NCBI GenBank assembly: GCA_964629655.1
Contig: CAZVQU010000001.1
Location: 612,056-676,055 of the forward strand
Direction of reading: 5' to 3'
Source of the DNA: an uncultured Planctomycetia bacterium
GTDB lineage: Bacteria; Omnitrophota; Gorgyraeia; Duberdicusellales; 4484-171
Length of the DNA: 64,000 nt
Shown: in pieces, positions 51,001 through 59,401 of the stretch
Position numbering within the stretch: position 1 is the stretch's first letter
Layout of the letters: the number at the start of each line of letters is the position of its first letter
Program-made: the position numbers and the translations under genes
The notes under the pieces: model-generated
What the model was told of the DNA's origin: nothing
Seen by the model: the letters and a program-made list of their open reading frames with translations, nothing else
The model's database searches: none

Positions 51001-51225
51001 CCTTTATGCGTTCTTGATGAAATAGATGCTCCTTTAGACGAGGCTAATGTTGATAGGTTTAATCATCTCTTAAAGGAATTTGCTTCTTATTCCCAGTTTA
51101 TTTTAATTACCCACAATAAGAAGACTATGAGTAATGCTGATGTCTTGTATGGTGTTACTATGCAGGAGAAGGGTATTTCTAAATTAGTATCAGTAAAGTT
51201 TGCCGCTGAAAAAATTCCTTCCTAA
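48043..51225 (+). CDS. smc: SMC-family chromosome segregation ATPase with no recognisable hinge
   Basis: GFKSF, GPNGCGKSN, LRG..MEDIIF, LSGGEK, LDEIDAPLD, long coiled coils. Confidence 0.9.
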   Translation: MYLKELEIFGFKSFPEKTSLKFESGITAVVGPNGCGKSNVFDAVKWALGEQSPKSLRGTKMEDIIFNGTERQSPLNYAEVGLTFCNEDKYLPIDYKEVSVARRLYRSGESQYFINKNIVRLKDVQELFMGTGIGEATYSFVEQGKIEIFLSYKPEDKRLIFDEASGIVKYKERKRETLRRLAEADENLLRLEDILFEVRRQIRYLDRQVAKAKKYKQVQENLVEVEKKIASVQFLELEGKIGKLNQELSLFEDKEKGKEAQLQEVSNRWEELNHQLRLLRNKLEEAATDIVSLNGRIESSDSHINVDQQRIRELEQRGANLEMARTNLNQRLRLQEQRSQEEAVRMQAIKADLEELEKSVERKFQEKESIKAEVDSAKREVNEAKTKVLDLESKRVQFQNTLIETQTKSASLTNRKKRLLLDKAKLDTLLTENKDNLGLVSEESKKVEDELKVLQEARSGLAQKEKELAASIEDLRSKLVDKEKELLELRASYDFLKDLKIKYETFSVQKKVTVIFDEEPKNINKLVASLQDVEFKKDGRGFIAQIEAKVVSFEEKQLEDKIALTESQIEGIKQEQESLGRQKAELSKDLASENTQIEEVRVKVQQSSQEKDGLAREVERLEEESELLAQEEKSTLDDVEDCEKKQKEIEDELALYQGNLDAANESLSVAHEVITNGLERIKNIDLESTRDIAQKQSLHKESEALESKVTLFQDEINNIKRNLEGVDKEGEEGKLKISSFNSQIESLKAKIEEDKLKIEERIKGKQGLEEEEISSNKDIDKVKEDIQGLEKEAQALRDSAYNKKLEIQSLEYEKEKVRDYLRQVYQVEFDAQGQPEVQEDINTLSTEKEKLQKRVRSLGEVNLVAIEEFEELKKREQFLDSQKQDLIISKESLKKAISKINRTSRELFLDTFGKIEQEFKKNFRFLFNGGRANLILIDRDNILESGVEIEVQPPGKKLQNVSLLSGGEKSLTAIALIFAIFTVRPSPLCVLDEIDAPLDEANVDRFNHLLKEFASYSQFILITHNKKTMSNADVLYGVTMQEKGISKLVSVKFAAEKIPS

Positions 51226-51233
51226 ACTCTTTT

Positions 51234-52382
51234 TTAAATAAGAACTACTCTATTTTTTCCTCTTTTCTTGGCCTTGTATAAGGCTTGGTCGGCTTTTTCA
51301 ATCAAGATTTTTTTATTCGGCGAGTCTTCGGGGTAGGAAGCAATTCCGATACTAATAGTAAATTTGCTTCTCAGGATTCTTTTATTTTCTACCGATTTTC
51401 TTATTCTTTCACCGAGTAAGGCCGCTTCTTCTTTATTATTGGCCGGTAAGATAAGTGCGAATTCCTCTCCGCCATAACGGCAGATAATATCGATTTTGCG
51501 GCAATTCTCCCTAAAGACTTCTGCTATTCTTTTTAAAGCTTCATCACCTTGGGTATGGCCGCGGGTATCATTAAATTTTTTGAAATCATCAATATCAATC
51601 ATCATTAATGATAAGGCAAGAGAGGTTGTGTTCGATTTGGCTATTTCTTCATCTAGGCGATATTGAAAGTATCCGTAGTTCCAAAGAGAGGTCAAAGGAT
51701 CAGTGTGAGATCGGGTTAAGGTACTTTCAAAACTCTGGGAGTTTTCTAAAGCCCCTTGAGCCTGTTCCATAAACATAGTAAAGATTTTTATGTCGTCACC
51801 GCTTATAGGGTTTTTAGTGATATAGTTATCTACTACTACCACTCCGGTAGGTTTGCCTTTTATCCAGAGAGAAAAGATAAGGAATTCTCCAAGATCCAGA
51901 CTTTTTACTAAAGAATCATTCTTTAGCTTTCTTTCATTACCTTTAACCCAGGCAACATCTTTTTTATAGAGGGTATCAAAAATTAATCCTCCTTTTTTGT
52001 TTAAAGGAAAGGACAAGGACTTAACCAGTTCCATAAATTTTGGTTTTTCTTTGTTTTCTTTTATATGGTTATAATTGGCGATTAAGTCATAGAGGTTCTT
52101 TTTTTCTTCTTCAATGTTATGCCAGATTTGGGTTGCTTCCTGGCTGTCCATCGGGCCAATACCCATAAAACCGTTTATCTTTTTACCTTTTTCATCGACA
52201 AAGAAAATAACTGCTCGGTTGAATCTTAAGCCCTCATTGGCAGTTAAGCCGGTTAAGATAATATAAGTTATTTCATCAAGTCGCAGGGTTGTCCGCATTG
52301 CCTTGGTCAGTTCATAGAAGACATATAGCTGGGAGCGGGCTTTTTCTAACTCTTCTTTGAGTTTGCTTATTTCTTTATTCAT
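51234..52382 (-). CDS. GAF-GGDEF diguanylate cyclase
   Basis: DPLT, DIDDFKKFND..GH..GD, RKID I-site, RYGGEEF, ADQALYKAK. Confidence 0.92.
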   Translation of the reverse strand: MNKEISKLKEELEKARSQLYVFYELTKAMRTTLRLDEITYIILTGLTANEGLRFNRAVIFFVDEKGKKINGFMGIGPMDSQEATQIWHNIEEEKKNLYDLIANYNHIKENKEKPKFMELVKSLSFPLNKKGGLIFDTLYKKDVAWVKGNERKLKNDSLVKSLDLGEFLIFSLWIKGKPTGVVVVDNYITKNPISGDDIKIFTMFMEQAQGALENSQSFESTLTRSHTDPLTSLWNYGYFQYRLDEEIAKSNTTSLALSLMMIDIDDFKKFNDTRGHTQGDEALKRIAEVFRENCRKIDIICRYGGEEFALILPANNKEEAALLGERIRKSVENKRILRSKFTISIGIASYPEDSPNKKILIEKADQALYKAKKRGKNRVVLI

Positions 52383-52589
52383 CCTAAGCTATTAAATAGC
52401 ATATTTATTAACAAAAGTCAAACTCCGATTGAGGCCAGGCCTCACCCCTGAATGTAACCGTTTTCAAAACACTCCCTAGATAGCCTAAAATCCTTACTTT
52501 TATATGTTATATTTATATGGTATCCATCCTATGGGGATAGGTTGGGAAATCCGAGACAAAATTTTGAGAATCCGATAATTAGGGATAAA

Positions 52590-52742
52590 ATGCTGCTATA
52601 TTTAGCAAAACGAAGAGCTAATGTACATTTTAAGCTGATTTTAGCCATTGTGGCTATAGCTTTTGTTATTGCTATTCTTTCAGCTCATCTTCCTAAGTCA
52701 ACAATTACTGATAGTAAGATAAGACCTATAGTTCAGCTTTGA
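52590..52742 (+). CDS. N-terminal signal/TM segment of the modular protein
   Basis: KRR followed by hydrophobic LILAIVAIAFVIAIL. Confidence 0.5.
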   Translation: MLLYLAKRRANVHFKLILAIVAIAFVIAILSAHLPKSTITDSKIRPIVQL

Positions 52743-54982
52743 GCTATATGCCTGGGCCTACAGAGCTCATTAATACAACCTCAGATTTTAACCTTCCAAC
52801 CTTAAAAGGAATACAAGTCTATCCTGACAATCCTTTTAAATTTGACTTTATTATCGATGAAGAAGATACGAAGTTTAGCCAGGATAAAATTAAGCAGGAA
52901 TCAACTAAGCTAATTAACTACTTTCTAGCTTCAATAACCATACCTGAAGAGGACTTGTGGGTTAATTTAAGCCCTTATGAGCAAGACAAGATAATCCCCA
53001 AAGAATTAGGCCTAACTAATATGGGAAAAGACTTGTTAGGAGAAGATTATATCCTGAAGCAACTACTTGCTTCATTAACCTATCCCCAGAGCCCTCTGGG
53101 TAAGCGCTTCTGGAAAAAGGTTTACCAGAGGGCTCAACAATTATTCGGGACCACCAAAATTCCTATAAATACCTTTAACAAAATCTGGATAGTGCCGGAT
53201 AAGGCCCTAATCCATGAAGACGATAATAGGGCTTTTATCAAACAAGCAAATCTTAAAGTAATGCTTGAGGAGGATTATCTTTCCTTTGAGAACAGGCAGC
53301 CGGTAACAGATAGCGGAGAAAAGATAGCAGGAGATATCGAATTAAGCGAAGAAGACGAAAAAGGCATTAATAACTTTTCCTTATCGATAATGAGAGAAAT
53401 AGTCCTTCCGGTAATAGAAGAAGAGGTGAATAACGGCGAAAACTTCGCACATCTTCGTCAAATATATCATTCTCTTATTTTGGCTACTTGGTTCAAACAA
53501 AGGCTTAAGCAAAGCTTGTTTAATAGAATCTACATCGATAAGAAGAAGATAAAAGGCATAGACACAAGCGATCCGCAAATTAAAGAAAAAATCTACAACC
53601 AATACGTCCAAGCCTTTAAAAAGGGCGTATATAATTATATCCAGAAAGACTACGATCCTTCTTCAGGTAAGTATATCAGTAGAAAATACTATTCCGGAGG
53701 TTTTGACGGAACCGCAGTAAGTTCGGCGATTACCACTTCTAAATTGCCCAGGGACTTTTCATTAGAGATAATAACCAGTTCTCCGCTAAAAATGGAAATA
53801 GAGTTAGAGCCTTTTGGGGGCAGTTCGGGCGGAGTCGGTATAGGCGAAGGTATAGGAGGAACGGGCAGAGGTGAAGGTCCGGGCGTTGGCGGCGGGCAGA
53901 TAAAAATAGAAGAACTTGAGAAAGAAAATCTTGCTTCTTCGGCGATGGAGGACAAAAACTTGGCTTCCACCCAGCCTTTTACTTATTCAGACTGGCAGAA
54001 TATCCTTTCACAGCACGGTCTTCAAAAAGCAAATATAGAGCATGTTAAAAGAAATGTAAGGGCGGTGGAATACTTTGCGGAACAAGAAGGATTAGATGAC
54101 ATCGACAAAGAGATACTTGAGGCTGCTCTTTGGTTGCATGATATATCCAAAGATAATCCCCTTGAAGACTATATTCCTGAAAACGAAAAATTAGCAAGCA
54201 CGCTAAGATTATTAGTGCATCATTTGGAAGGTGCTGATATCGCAGGAGAAATACTTGCGCAGAATGGTTACGATGAAGAATTTGTGAAACAAGTTAAAAA
54301 CATCATCGTTAAGCACATGGGCCCACTTCAGGGGTCTATTCCTTTTGGTGATAGAAGCGTAGGATTTATGGAGTTGACTCGTTTAGTACACTCAGAGAAT
54401 ATTGGAAAAGCACTCAATGAATCAAGCGTAGCAAGAAAGGGGAAACTCTTGGAATATATAGCTCAACTTAAAAAAGGATTTCCCCAACCAAAAGAGGAAA
54501 GAGAAGATAAAAAAGGAGAAGATAAATTGGCGAGAATAGCCCGTGATATAGACCTTCTTGATTTAGCAGCAGATGGAATAACTAAAGTAGTACATCTGCG
54601 TCAGACTGATTCAGGGTTCTTTAAAAATGGGAGACCAGAAACCATAAAGGAATCATTTGATTCTGCACTGGAGAGCGCAGAATCTGTCCGTAAAAACTTA
54701 TACGCAAATAGCGCAGGACAGATAATAGAAGAGTTAGTCAAGCGTATAGGGAAGTTCAAAAGAGAAGCAGAAAAAGTTTTCATTTCCTTAGAAGAAAGAT
54801 TCCCGGTGGAAGCAAAACCTTCAGAAGAAATATTCAACCGTCGGTCAGAAGAGTCTAAAAAATTATATGATGGGTATGTAAAAAAGAATGAAGTTAGGTA
54901 TGATGGGATATTAAAGATCGGGAAATTCGCTTCTTCGGCGGTGGAAAATCAAAACGTACTTTATTATCGGTTCAGGAGTTGA
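52739..54982 (+). CDS. Modular protein: conserved N-domain, Gly-rich linker and HD-domain cassette
   Basis: NPFKFDFI, DLWVNLSPYE, FNKIWIVP, RKYYSGG; HD motif WLHDISK, HH.EGA, DIDLLD. Confidence 0.7.
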   Translation: MSYMPGPTELINTTSDFNLPTLKGIQVYPDNPFKFDFIIDEEDTKFSQDKIKQESTKLINYFLASITIPEEDLWVNLSPYEQDKIIPKELGLTNMGKDLLGEDYILKQLLASLTYPQSPLGKRFWKKVYQRAQQLFGTTKIPINTFNKIWIVPDKALIHEDDNRAFIKQANLKVMLEEDYLSFENRQPVTDSGEKIAGDIELSEEDEKGINNFSLSIMREIVLPVIEEEVNNGENFAHLRQIYHSLILATWFKQRLKQSLFNRIYIDKKKIKGIDTSDPQIKEKIYNQYVQAFKKGVYNYIQKDYDPSSGKYISRKYYSGGFDGTAVSSAITTSKLPRDFSLEIITSSPLKMEIELEPFGGSSGGVGIGEGIGGTGRGEGPGVGGGQIKIEELEKENLASSAMEDKNLASTQPFTYSDWQNILSQHGLQKANIEHVKRNVRAVEYFAEQEGLDDIDKEILEAALWLHDISKDNPLEDYIPENEKLASTLRLLVHHLEGADIAGEILAQNGYDEEFVKQVKNIIVKHMGPLQGSIPFGDRSVGFMELTRLVHSENIGKALNESSVARKGKLLEYIAQLKKGFPQPKEEREDKKGEDKLARIARDIDLLDLAADGITKVVHLRQTDSGFFKNGRPETIKESFDSALESAESVRKNLYANSAGQIIEELVKRIGKFKREAEKVFISLEERFPVEAKPSEEIFNRRSEESKKLYDGYVKKNEVRYDGILKIGKFASSAVENQNVLYYRFRS
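53933..53949 (+). repeat. Cassette-boundary repeat, copy 1 (ASSAM)
   Basis: GCTTCTTCGGCGATGGA. Confidence 0.7.
54929..54945 (+). repeat. Cassette-boundary repeat, copy 2 (ASSAV)
   Basis: GCTTCTTCGGCGGTGGA, 16/17 identical to copy 1. Confidence 0.7.
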
Positions 54983-56172
54983 AGATTGAAGATGTTATGC
55001 CAAGAGGAGGCTCTATTGACAAAGACTATTTTGAGGCCATAAAGGATGTCTTGAGAAGACGTGGCTATATCCTGACCGGAATTCTTAACTTACCGGGAGG
55101 GTCGGTTGATAAGGGATTAACCGGAAATCAAGCCGATGTATTTAGGGGAGTTAAGACTGCCGAAGGCCAAATAGCAGAAAAGGTTGTGGTTAAGATTGAT
55201 CCTGCTTGGAGATCTCCGGATAGAGATGTTCTCACGACTGGTAACTATTCAAGGGAGGTTGGAGAACATTATGGAGAATTATCAAATGGCCAAAAACGCT
55301 ATTTGCAAGATTCAGAAAAGTTTATTAATATTCAAATGGCAGATAATATAACCATCGTAGTTGATGGGCACACGATAAATTTAGCTGTTCAAGTCATAGA
55401 TGAATGGGATGGGGAAGAGATAGCGAACTATTTAGAAAAACACGATAATTTATCAAGCGATTTTGTTCCAACTTTATTAAGCGAATTTTCTGGACTTTTT
55501 CAGGTGGTGGGCGATTTAATTAATTCGGGGATGTCCTATGGTGATTTCTTAGGAGCAGAAAGGCTTCGAAATGTTCTTGTGAATGATAAAGGAGAAACTA
55601 TTGTTATTGATTTAGATTTAATAACAGACGTAGATAGTGCCCCTGATTTTTGGCGCGATAAGCTTCGAATGAGTACTTTAAGAGGTCTAATAAAAGCAAT
55701 AGCAAATACATTGGAAACTATTCAAGAAAGTAAAGTAGAGGGCAAGGATGCGAAGAGCATATTAAATAAGGCAATAAGAACATTAGAACTTGAGCATTCA
55801 CGCGTGGAGTCTAATTTTCGTTACGTCGTAGATGATAGAAAACCCTTTGTAGATAAAACTAGAGAACTTGCTGAGTTCATGGCAGGTATTGCCCAGCAAT
55901 ATGAAGGATCTGCCTCTTCGGCAATAGCAGAGGCGAAGCAAGGCTTAACATTCACAGAACGTGACTGGGAGAAAGGCGGGATTGATTTGAATCCTGACAA
56001 TATGGATATGGAAATAAGAGGGCAGGGAGCGAGTAGCCCGATTATGGATATCCCTTTTGATATTCAAAATTTTCAGGGCTTTACCTTCCAAATTATCAGG
56101 ATAGAGCCGATTAAAGACTTGAGCAATCTATTCGGAGTTCCTCAGGAAAAAGAAGTTAGTTCCTTACCTTAG
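54979..56172 (+). CDS. Modular protein: kinase-like cassette and C-terminal GGIDLN cap
   Basis: GNQADVF, VVVK, YGDF..RNVLV, VIDLD; then ASSAI, KGGIDLN, ASSPI. Confidence 0.6.
   Translation: MKIEDVMPRGGSIDKDYFEAIKDVLRRRGYILTGILNLPGGSVDKGLTGNQADVFRGVKTAEGQIAEKVVVKIDPAWRSPDRDVLTTGNYSREVGEHYGELSNGQKRYLQDSEKFINIQMADNITIVVDGHTINLAVQVIDEWDGEEIANYLEKHDNLSSDFVPTLLSEFSGLFQVVGDLINSGMSYGDFLGAERLRNVLVNDKGETIVIDLDLITDVDSAPDFWRDKLRMSTLRGLIKAIANTLETIQESKVEGKDAKSILNKAIRTLELEHSRVESNFRYVVDDRKPFVDKTRELAEFMAGIAQQYEGSASSAIAEAKQGLTFTERDWEKGGIDLNPDNMDMEIRGQGASSPIMDIPFDIQNFQGFTFQIIRIEPIKDLSNLFGVPQEKEVSSLP
55912..55925 (+). repeat. Cassette-boundary repeat, copy 3 (ASSAI)
   Basis: GCCTCTTCGGCAAT. Confidence 0.6.
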
Positions 56173-56241
56173 ATTTGTAACTATCTTTAACAAAGGCTTT
56201 GAACACTTTAACTTTTGTCATTATCTGGTAAAATAACCGAG

Positions 56242-57282
56242 ATGATTAAGGATATTTTTAACGTTTCTCAGTATGATTTCCAAACCCCTAAGAGCTTAAT
56301 AGCCCAAGAGCCGGCTAGCCCCAGAGATAGTTGCCGGCTTCTTGTTTTAGACCGCAAGAATTCTTCTTTAGAGACAAGGGTTTTTAGAGATATAGTCGAT
56401 TACCTTAAAGGAGGGGATATCCTTGTTTTAAACAATACCAAGGTAATTAGAGCTAAGCTTTTAGCCAGAAGAAGTAGTGGAGCTAAGATAGAGATATTGT
56501 TGCTTGCTGAGTTGGAAAAGGGGATTTGGGAGGCTTTAGTCAGGCCGGGAAAACGGGCGAGAGTAGGTGAGACTATTAGCTTTGAACCAGAGAATTGTAA
56601 AGCCAAAATTGTTAACAAAACTCCTAGCGGTTCAAGAATTCTAGATTTCAGGCCCTTAGATGTAGATAATTTTATCTCTAAAGTAGGAGCAGTACCCCTT
56701 CCGCCCTATATAAAAAAGGAAATTCAGGATCCTGGTGACTACCAGACTGTTTATGCCAAGCGTAAAGGCGCAGTGGCTGCGCCTACGGCAGGCTTACACT
56801 TTACCCCTGAGTTAATAAAAACAATAGAAGAAAAAGGTGTAAAGGTGCTTTTCATAACTCTTCACTGCAGTTTAGCTACTTTTCGTCCGGTAAAGTGCGA
56901 GGATATCCGCAATCATCAAATAGAGTCAGAGTGGGTAGAGGTTGGCCCTTTAGTTGCTAAAAGCATAAACAAGGCTAAGAAAAACCAACAGAGAATAATT
57001 GCCGTAGGAACAACTGCAGTTAGGTCTTTGGAGTCAGCGGTTTCTTCAGGCGAAAGCTCTCTGGTTAAGGCTTTTTGCGGCCCAACCAATCTTTATATTA
57101 CTCCTGGTTATAAATTCAAAGTGGTCGACGCTCTTATTACTAATTTCCATACTCCTTCTTCTACTAACCTCATCTTGGTTTCGTCTTTTGCTAAGCCTTC
57201 CCTGATAAGGCAAAGCTATGCTTACGCTAAGGGTGAAAAATTCCGCTTTTACAGCTTTGGTGACGCCATGTTGATCCTCTAA
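56242..57282 (+). CDS. queA: S-adenosylmethionine:tRNA ribosyltransferase-isomerase
   Basis: LIAQEP, PLPPYI, YQTVYA, AAPTAGLHF, TNFH, RFYSFGDAM. Confidence 0.96.
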   Translation: MIKDIFNVSQYDFQTPKSLIAQEPASPRDSCRLLVLDRKNSSLETRVFRDIVDYLKGGDILVLNNTKVIRAKLLARRSSGAKIEILLLAELEKGIWEALVRPGKRARVGETISFEPENCKAKIVNKTPSGSRILDFRPLDVDNFISKVGAVPLPPYIKKEIQDPGDYQTVYAKRKGAVAAPTAGLHFTPELIKTIEEKGVKVLFITLHCSLATFRPVKCEDIRNHQIESEWVEVGPLVAKSINKAKKNQQRIIAVGTTAVRSLESAVSSGESSLVKAFCGPTNLYITPGYKFKVVDALITNFHTPSSTNLILVSSFAKPSLIRQSYAYAKGEKFRFYSFGDAMLIL

Positions 57283-57341
57283 ATTTACCTAACATATTTA
57301 ATATCAAAGAGTTGTAGAAAATAAAAAAAATGGCTGTTTTC

Positions 57342-57370
57342 TTGACGAGCTGCTCTGTTTCAATTATAAT
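57342..57370 (+). promoter_or_regulatory. sigma70 promoter
   Basis: TTGACG-N17-TATAAT. Confidence 0.65.
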
Positions 57371-57394
57371 AAAAACTTAAATAAAGGAGCTGCC

Positions 57395-59401
57395 ATGCAG
57401 AGTGATGTAATGAAAAAAAGGACTTTTCTTGTTTGTGGTCATGCCCAATCCGGTAAAACTTCCCTTAGTGAATCCATCCTCTTTAAATCTAAAGCTATTT
57501 CCCGCCTAGGCAAAGTAGACAATGAAACTTCTACTAGCGATTATGAAGATGACGAAAAAAGAAGAAAGAGTTCGATTAATTTATCGGTCTTAGGAGCTGA
57601 CTATAAGGGAAATTCTTTACAATTCATCGATACCCCGGGATATCTTGACTTTATCGGAGAGTTGATAACTAGTGTTCAAGCTGTAGATTTTGCTATTATC
57701 GTGGTCGATGCTATAGAGGGAGTTGGGGTAGGAACAGAGAAAGCCTGGAATATTCTAAAGGAAAAGAATATACCTTGCTTATTTTTTATTAATAAGCTTG
57801 ATAAGGAGAATACTGACTATAAGAAAACTTTAGATGATATAAGAACAAATTTAACTAAGAATGCTGTGAACATGGGCCTTGTCGACGGAAAAAATGTAGT
57901 TAATATTTTAAAAAATAAAGACAAAGATGCTTCAGCTTACAGCAAGATCGTAGAGATGGCTGCTGAAAGCGATGATGCCTTGGTAGAGAAATATCTAGAG
58001 ACCGGAGAATTATCAGAGGCAGAATTTATTCCGGCCCTTAAAAAAGCTATTCTTAATTCTGGAGTTTTTCCGGTAGTCGGGGGAATAGCTACCCAAGAAG
58101 CAGGTGTTGATTGCCTTCTTGATTTGATTGTTGATATTATGCCCTCAGTAGGCGAATCCTTACCTCGGCAGGCTAAGGATAAAGCCTCTCAAGACATAAG
58201 TATTGAGCCTAAGATAGAGGCTCCTTTTTCAGCCCAGGTCTTTAAGACTGTTATTGATCCTTTTGTCGGCCAGCTTACTATTTTTAGAGTATTTTCCGGT
58301 AAGTTGAGCTCTAATAGTGAGTTCTTTAATGCTACTAAGGGCTCAAAAGAGAAGTTTGGCCAGATTTATTTTCTACAAGGCAAGCAGCAGGTAGCCCAGG
58401 AAGCAGTTTCTGCCGGGGATATCGGCGCAGTGGCGAAATTAAAAAGTGCTAAAACTCAGGATACCATTTGTGTATCTTCCCGAGTTGTGGAGTTTCCCAA
58501 GCTGGAGTTTCCTTCTCCGGCTTATTCGGCATCGGTTAAGCCTAAGACCCGTCAGGATGAAGATAAAATATCTTCGGCCTTGCAGCGCCTAACCAGTGAA
58601 GATCCTACTTGCAGCACGTCTCTTGATGCTCAGACTAAAGAGCTTATCATATCCGGTATGGGCGAGTTACATATTAAGGTAATCATCGACAGGATGAAGA
58701 GAAAATATAATGCTAACGTAGAATTAGGTACACCTAAAGTTCCCTACCTTGAAACTCTCACCAAATCAATTCAGGTTTCTTACAAGCATAAAAAACAAAC
58801 CGGAGGCCGTGGCCAGTATGGGGATGTGTCCATAGAAGTAGAACCTTTAGAGAGAGGAAAAAAATTCGAATTCGTTAATAAGATTGTCGGCGGAGCAATC
58901 CCCCGTAATTTTATTCCTTCTGTAGAAAAAGGCTTGCATAGAGCAATGAGCGAAGGATTTATAGCCGGGTATCCAATGGCAGATATACGGGTAACGCTTT
59001 TCGACGGCTCTTACCATCCGGTAGATTCTTCGGATATGGCCTTTCAAATTGCCGCGTCTCATGCTTTAAAGAAAGCTTTTGAGCAAACTGGCGGTGTGTT
59101 GCTGGAGCCGGTTATGAATGTAGAAATAGTTGCCCCTGAAGAAGTTATGGGGCAAATTACCGGAGATATAAATAGCCGGCGAGGTCGGGTGATGGGAATA
59201 GAAGCTAAGGGTAAGAATGAAGTTGTTAAAGCCAGGATTCCTTTAGCCGAGATGTTTAAATATGCTTCAGACCTGCGTTCAGTTACTGGCGGACGAGGCA
59301 GCTATTCAATGAGTTTTTCTAATTATGATATTGTTCCGGCTCGGATTGCTCAAGGGATTGCCGAGAAAGCAAAGCAAGCCAAGCAGGAGAAACATGCCTA
59401 A
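57395..59401 (+). CDS. fusA: Elongation factor G paralog (EF-G2 type)
   Basis: GHAQSGKT, DTPGYLDF, NKLD, GMGELH, KKQTGGRGQYG, DGSYHPVDSS; not in a str operon. Confidence 0.9.
   Translation: MQSDVMKKRTFLVCGHAQSGKTSLSESILFKSKAISRLGKVDNETSTSDYEDDEKRRKSSINLSVLGADYKGNSLQFIDTPGYLDFIGELITSVQAVDFAIIVVDAIEGVGVGTEKAWNILKEKNIPCLFFINKLDKENTDYKKTLDDIRTNLTKNAVNMGLVDGKNVVNILKNKDKDASAYSKIVEMAAESDDALVEKYLETGELSEAEFIPALKKAILNSGVFPVVGGIATQEAGVDCLLDLIVDIMPSVGESLPRQAKDKASQDISIEPKIEAPFSAQVFKTVIDPFVGQLTIFRVFSGKLSSNSEFFNATKGSKEKFGQIYFLQGKQQVAQEAVSAGDIGAVAKLKSAKTQDTICVSSRVVEFPKLEFPSPAYSASVKPKTRQDEDKISSALQRLTSEDPTCSTSLDAQTKELIISGMGELHIKVIIDRMKRKYNANVELGTPKVPYLETLTKSIQVSYKHKKQTGGRGQYGDVSIEVEPLERGKKFEFVNKIVGGAIPRNFIPSVEKGLHRAMSEGFIAGYPMADIRVTLFDGSYHPVDSSDMAFQIAASHALKKAFEQTGGVLLEPVMNVEIVAPEEVMGQITGDINSRRGRVMGIEAKGKNEVVKARIPLAEMFKYASDLRSVTGGRGSYSMSFSNYDIVPARIAQGIAEKAKQAKQEKHA

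Larger units (their letters stand above)
52590..56172 (+). pseudogene. Modular multi-domain protein interrupted by two frameshifts (about 1190 aa if repaired)
   Basis: Three overlapping same-strand ORFs. Removing one copy of TAAGA-TAAGA (52715-52724) and adding one base near 54945 gives a single reading frame. Confidence 0.6.

Noticed and set aside
52430-52444. Hairpin TGAGGC-CAG-GCCTCA as a terminator
   Set aside because: It lies between divergent genes and has no U-tract.
53815-53900. Gly-rich stretch as collagen-like or RTX repeat
   Set aside because: No G-X-Y or GGxGxD periodicity; treated as a flexible linker.
52740-54982. TGA stops at 52742 and 54982 as selenocysteine or readthrough
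   Set aside because: The coding sequence continues in a different frame, so readthrough would not join the ORFs.
54979-54992. 7-bp duplication TTGAAGA x2 as cause of the second frameshift
   Set aside because: Removing one copy leaves the TGA stop in place and does not restore the frame.
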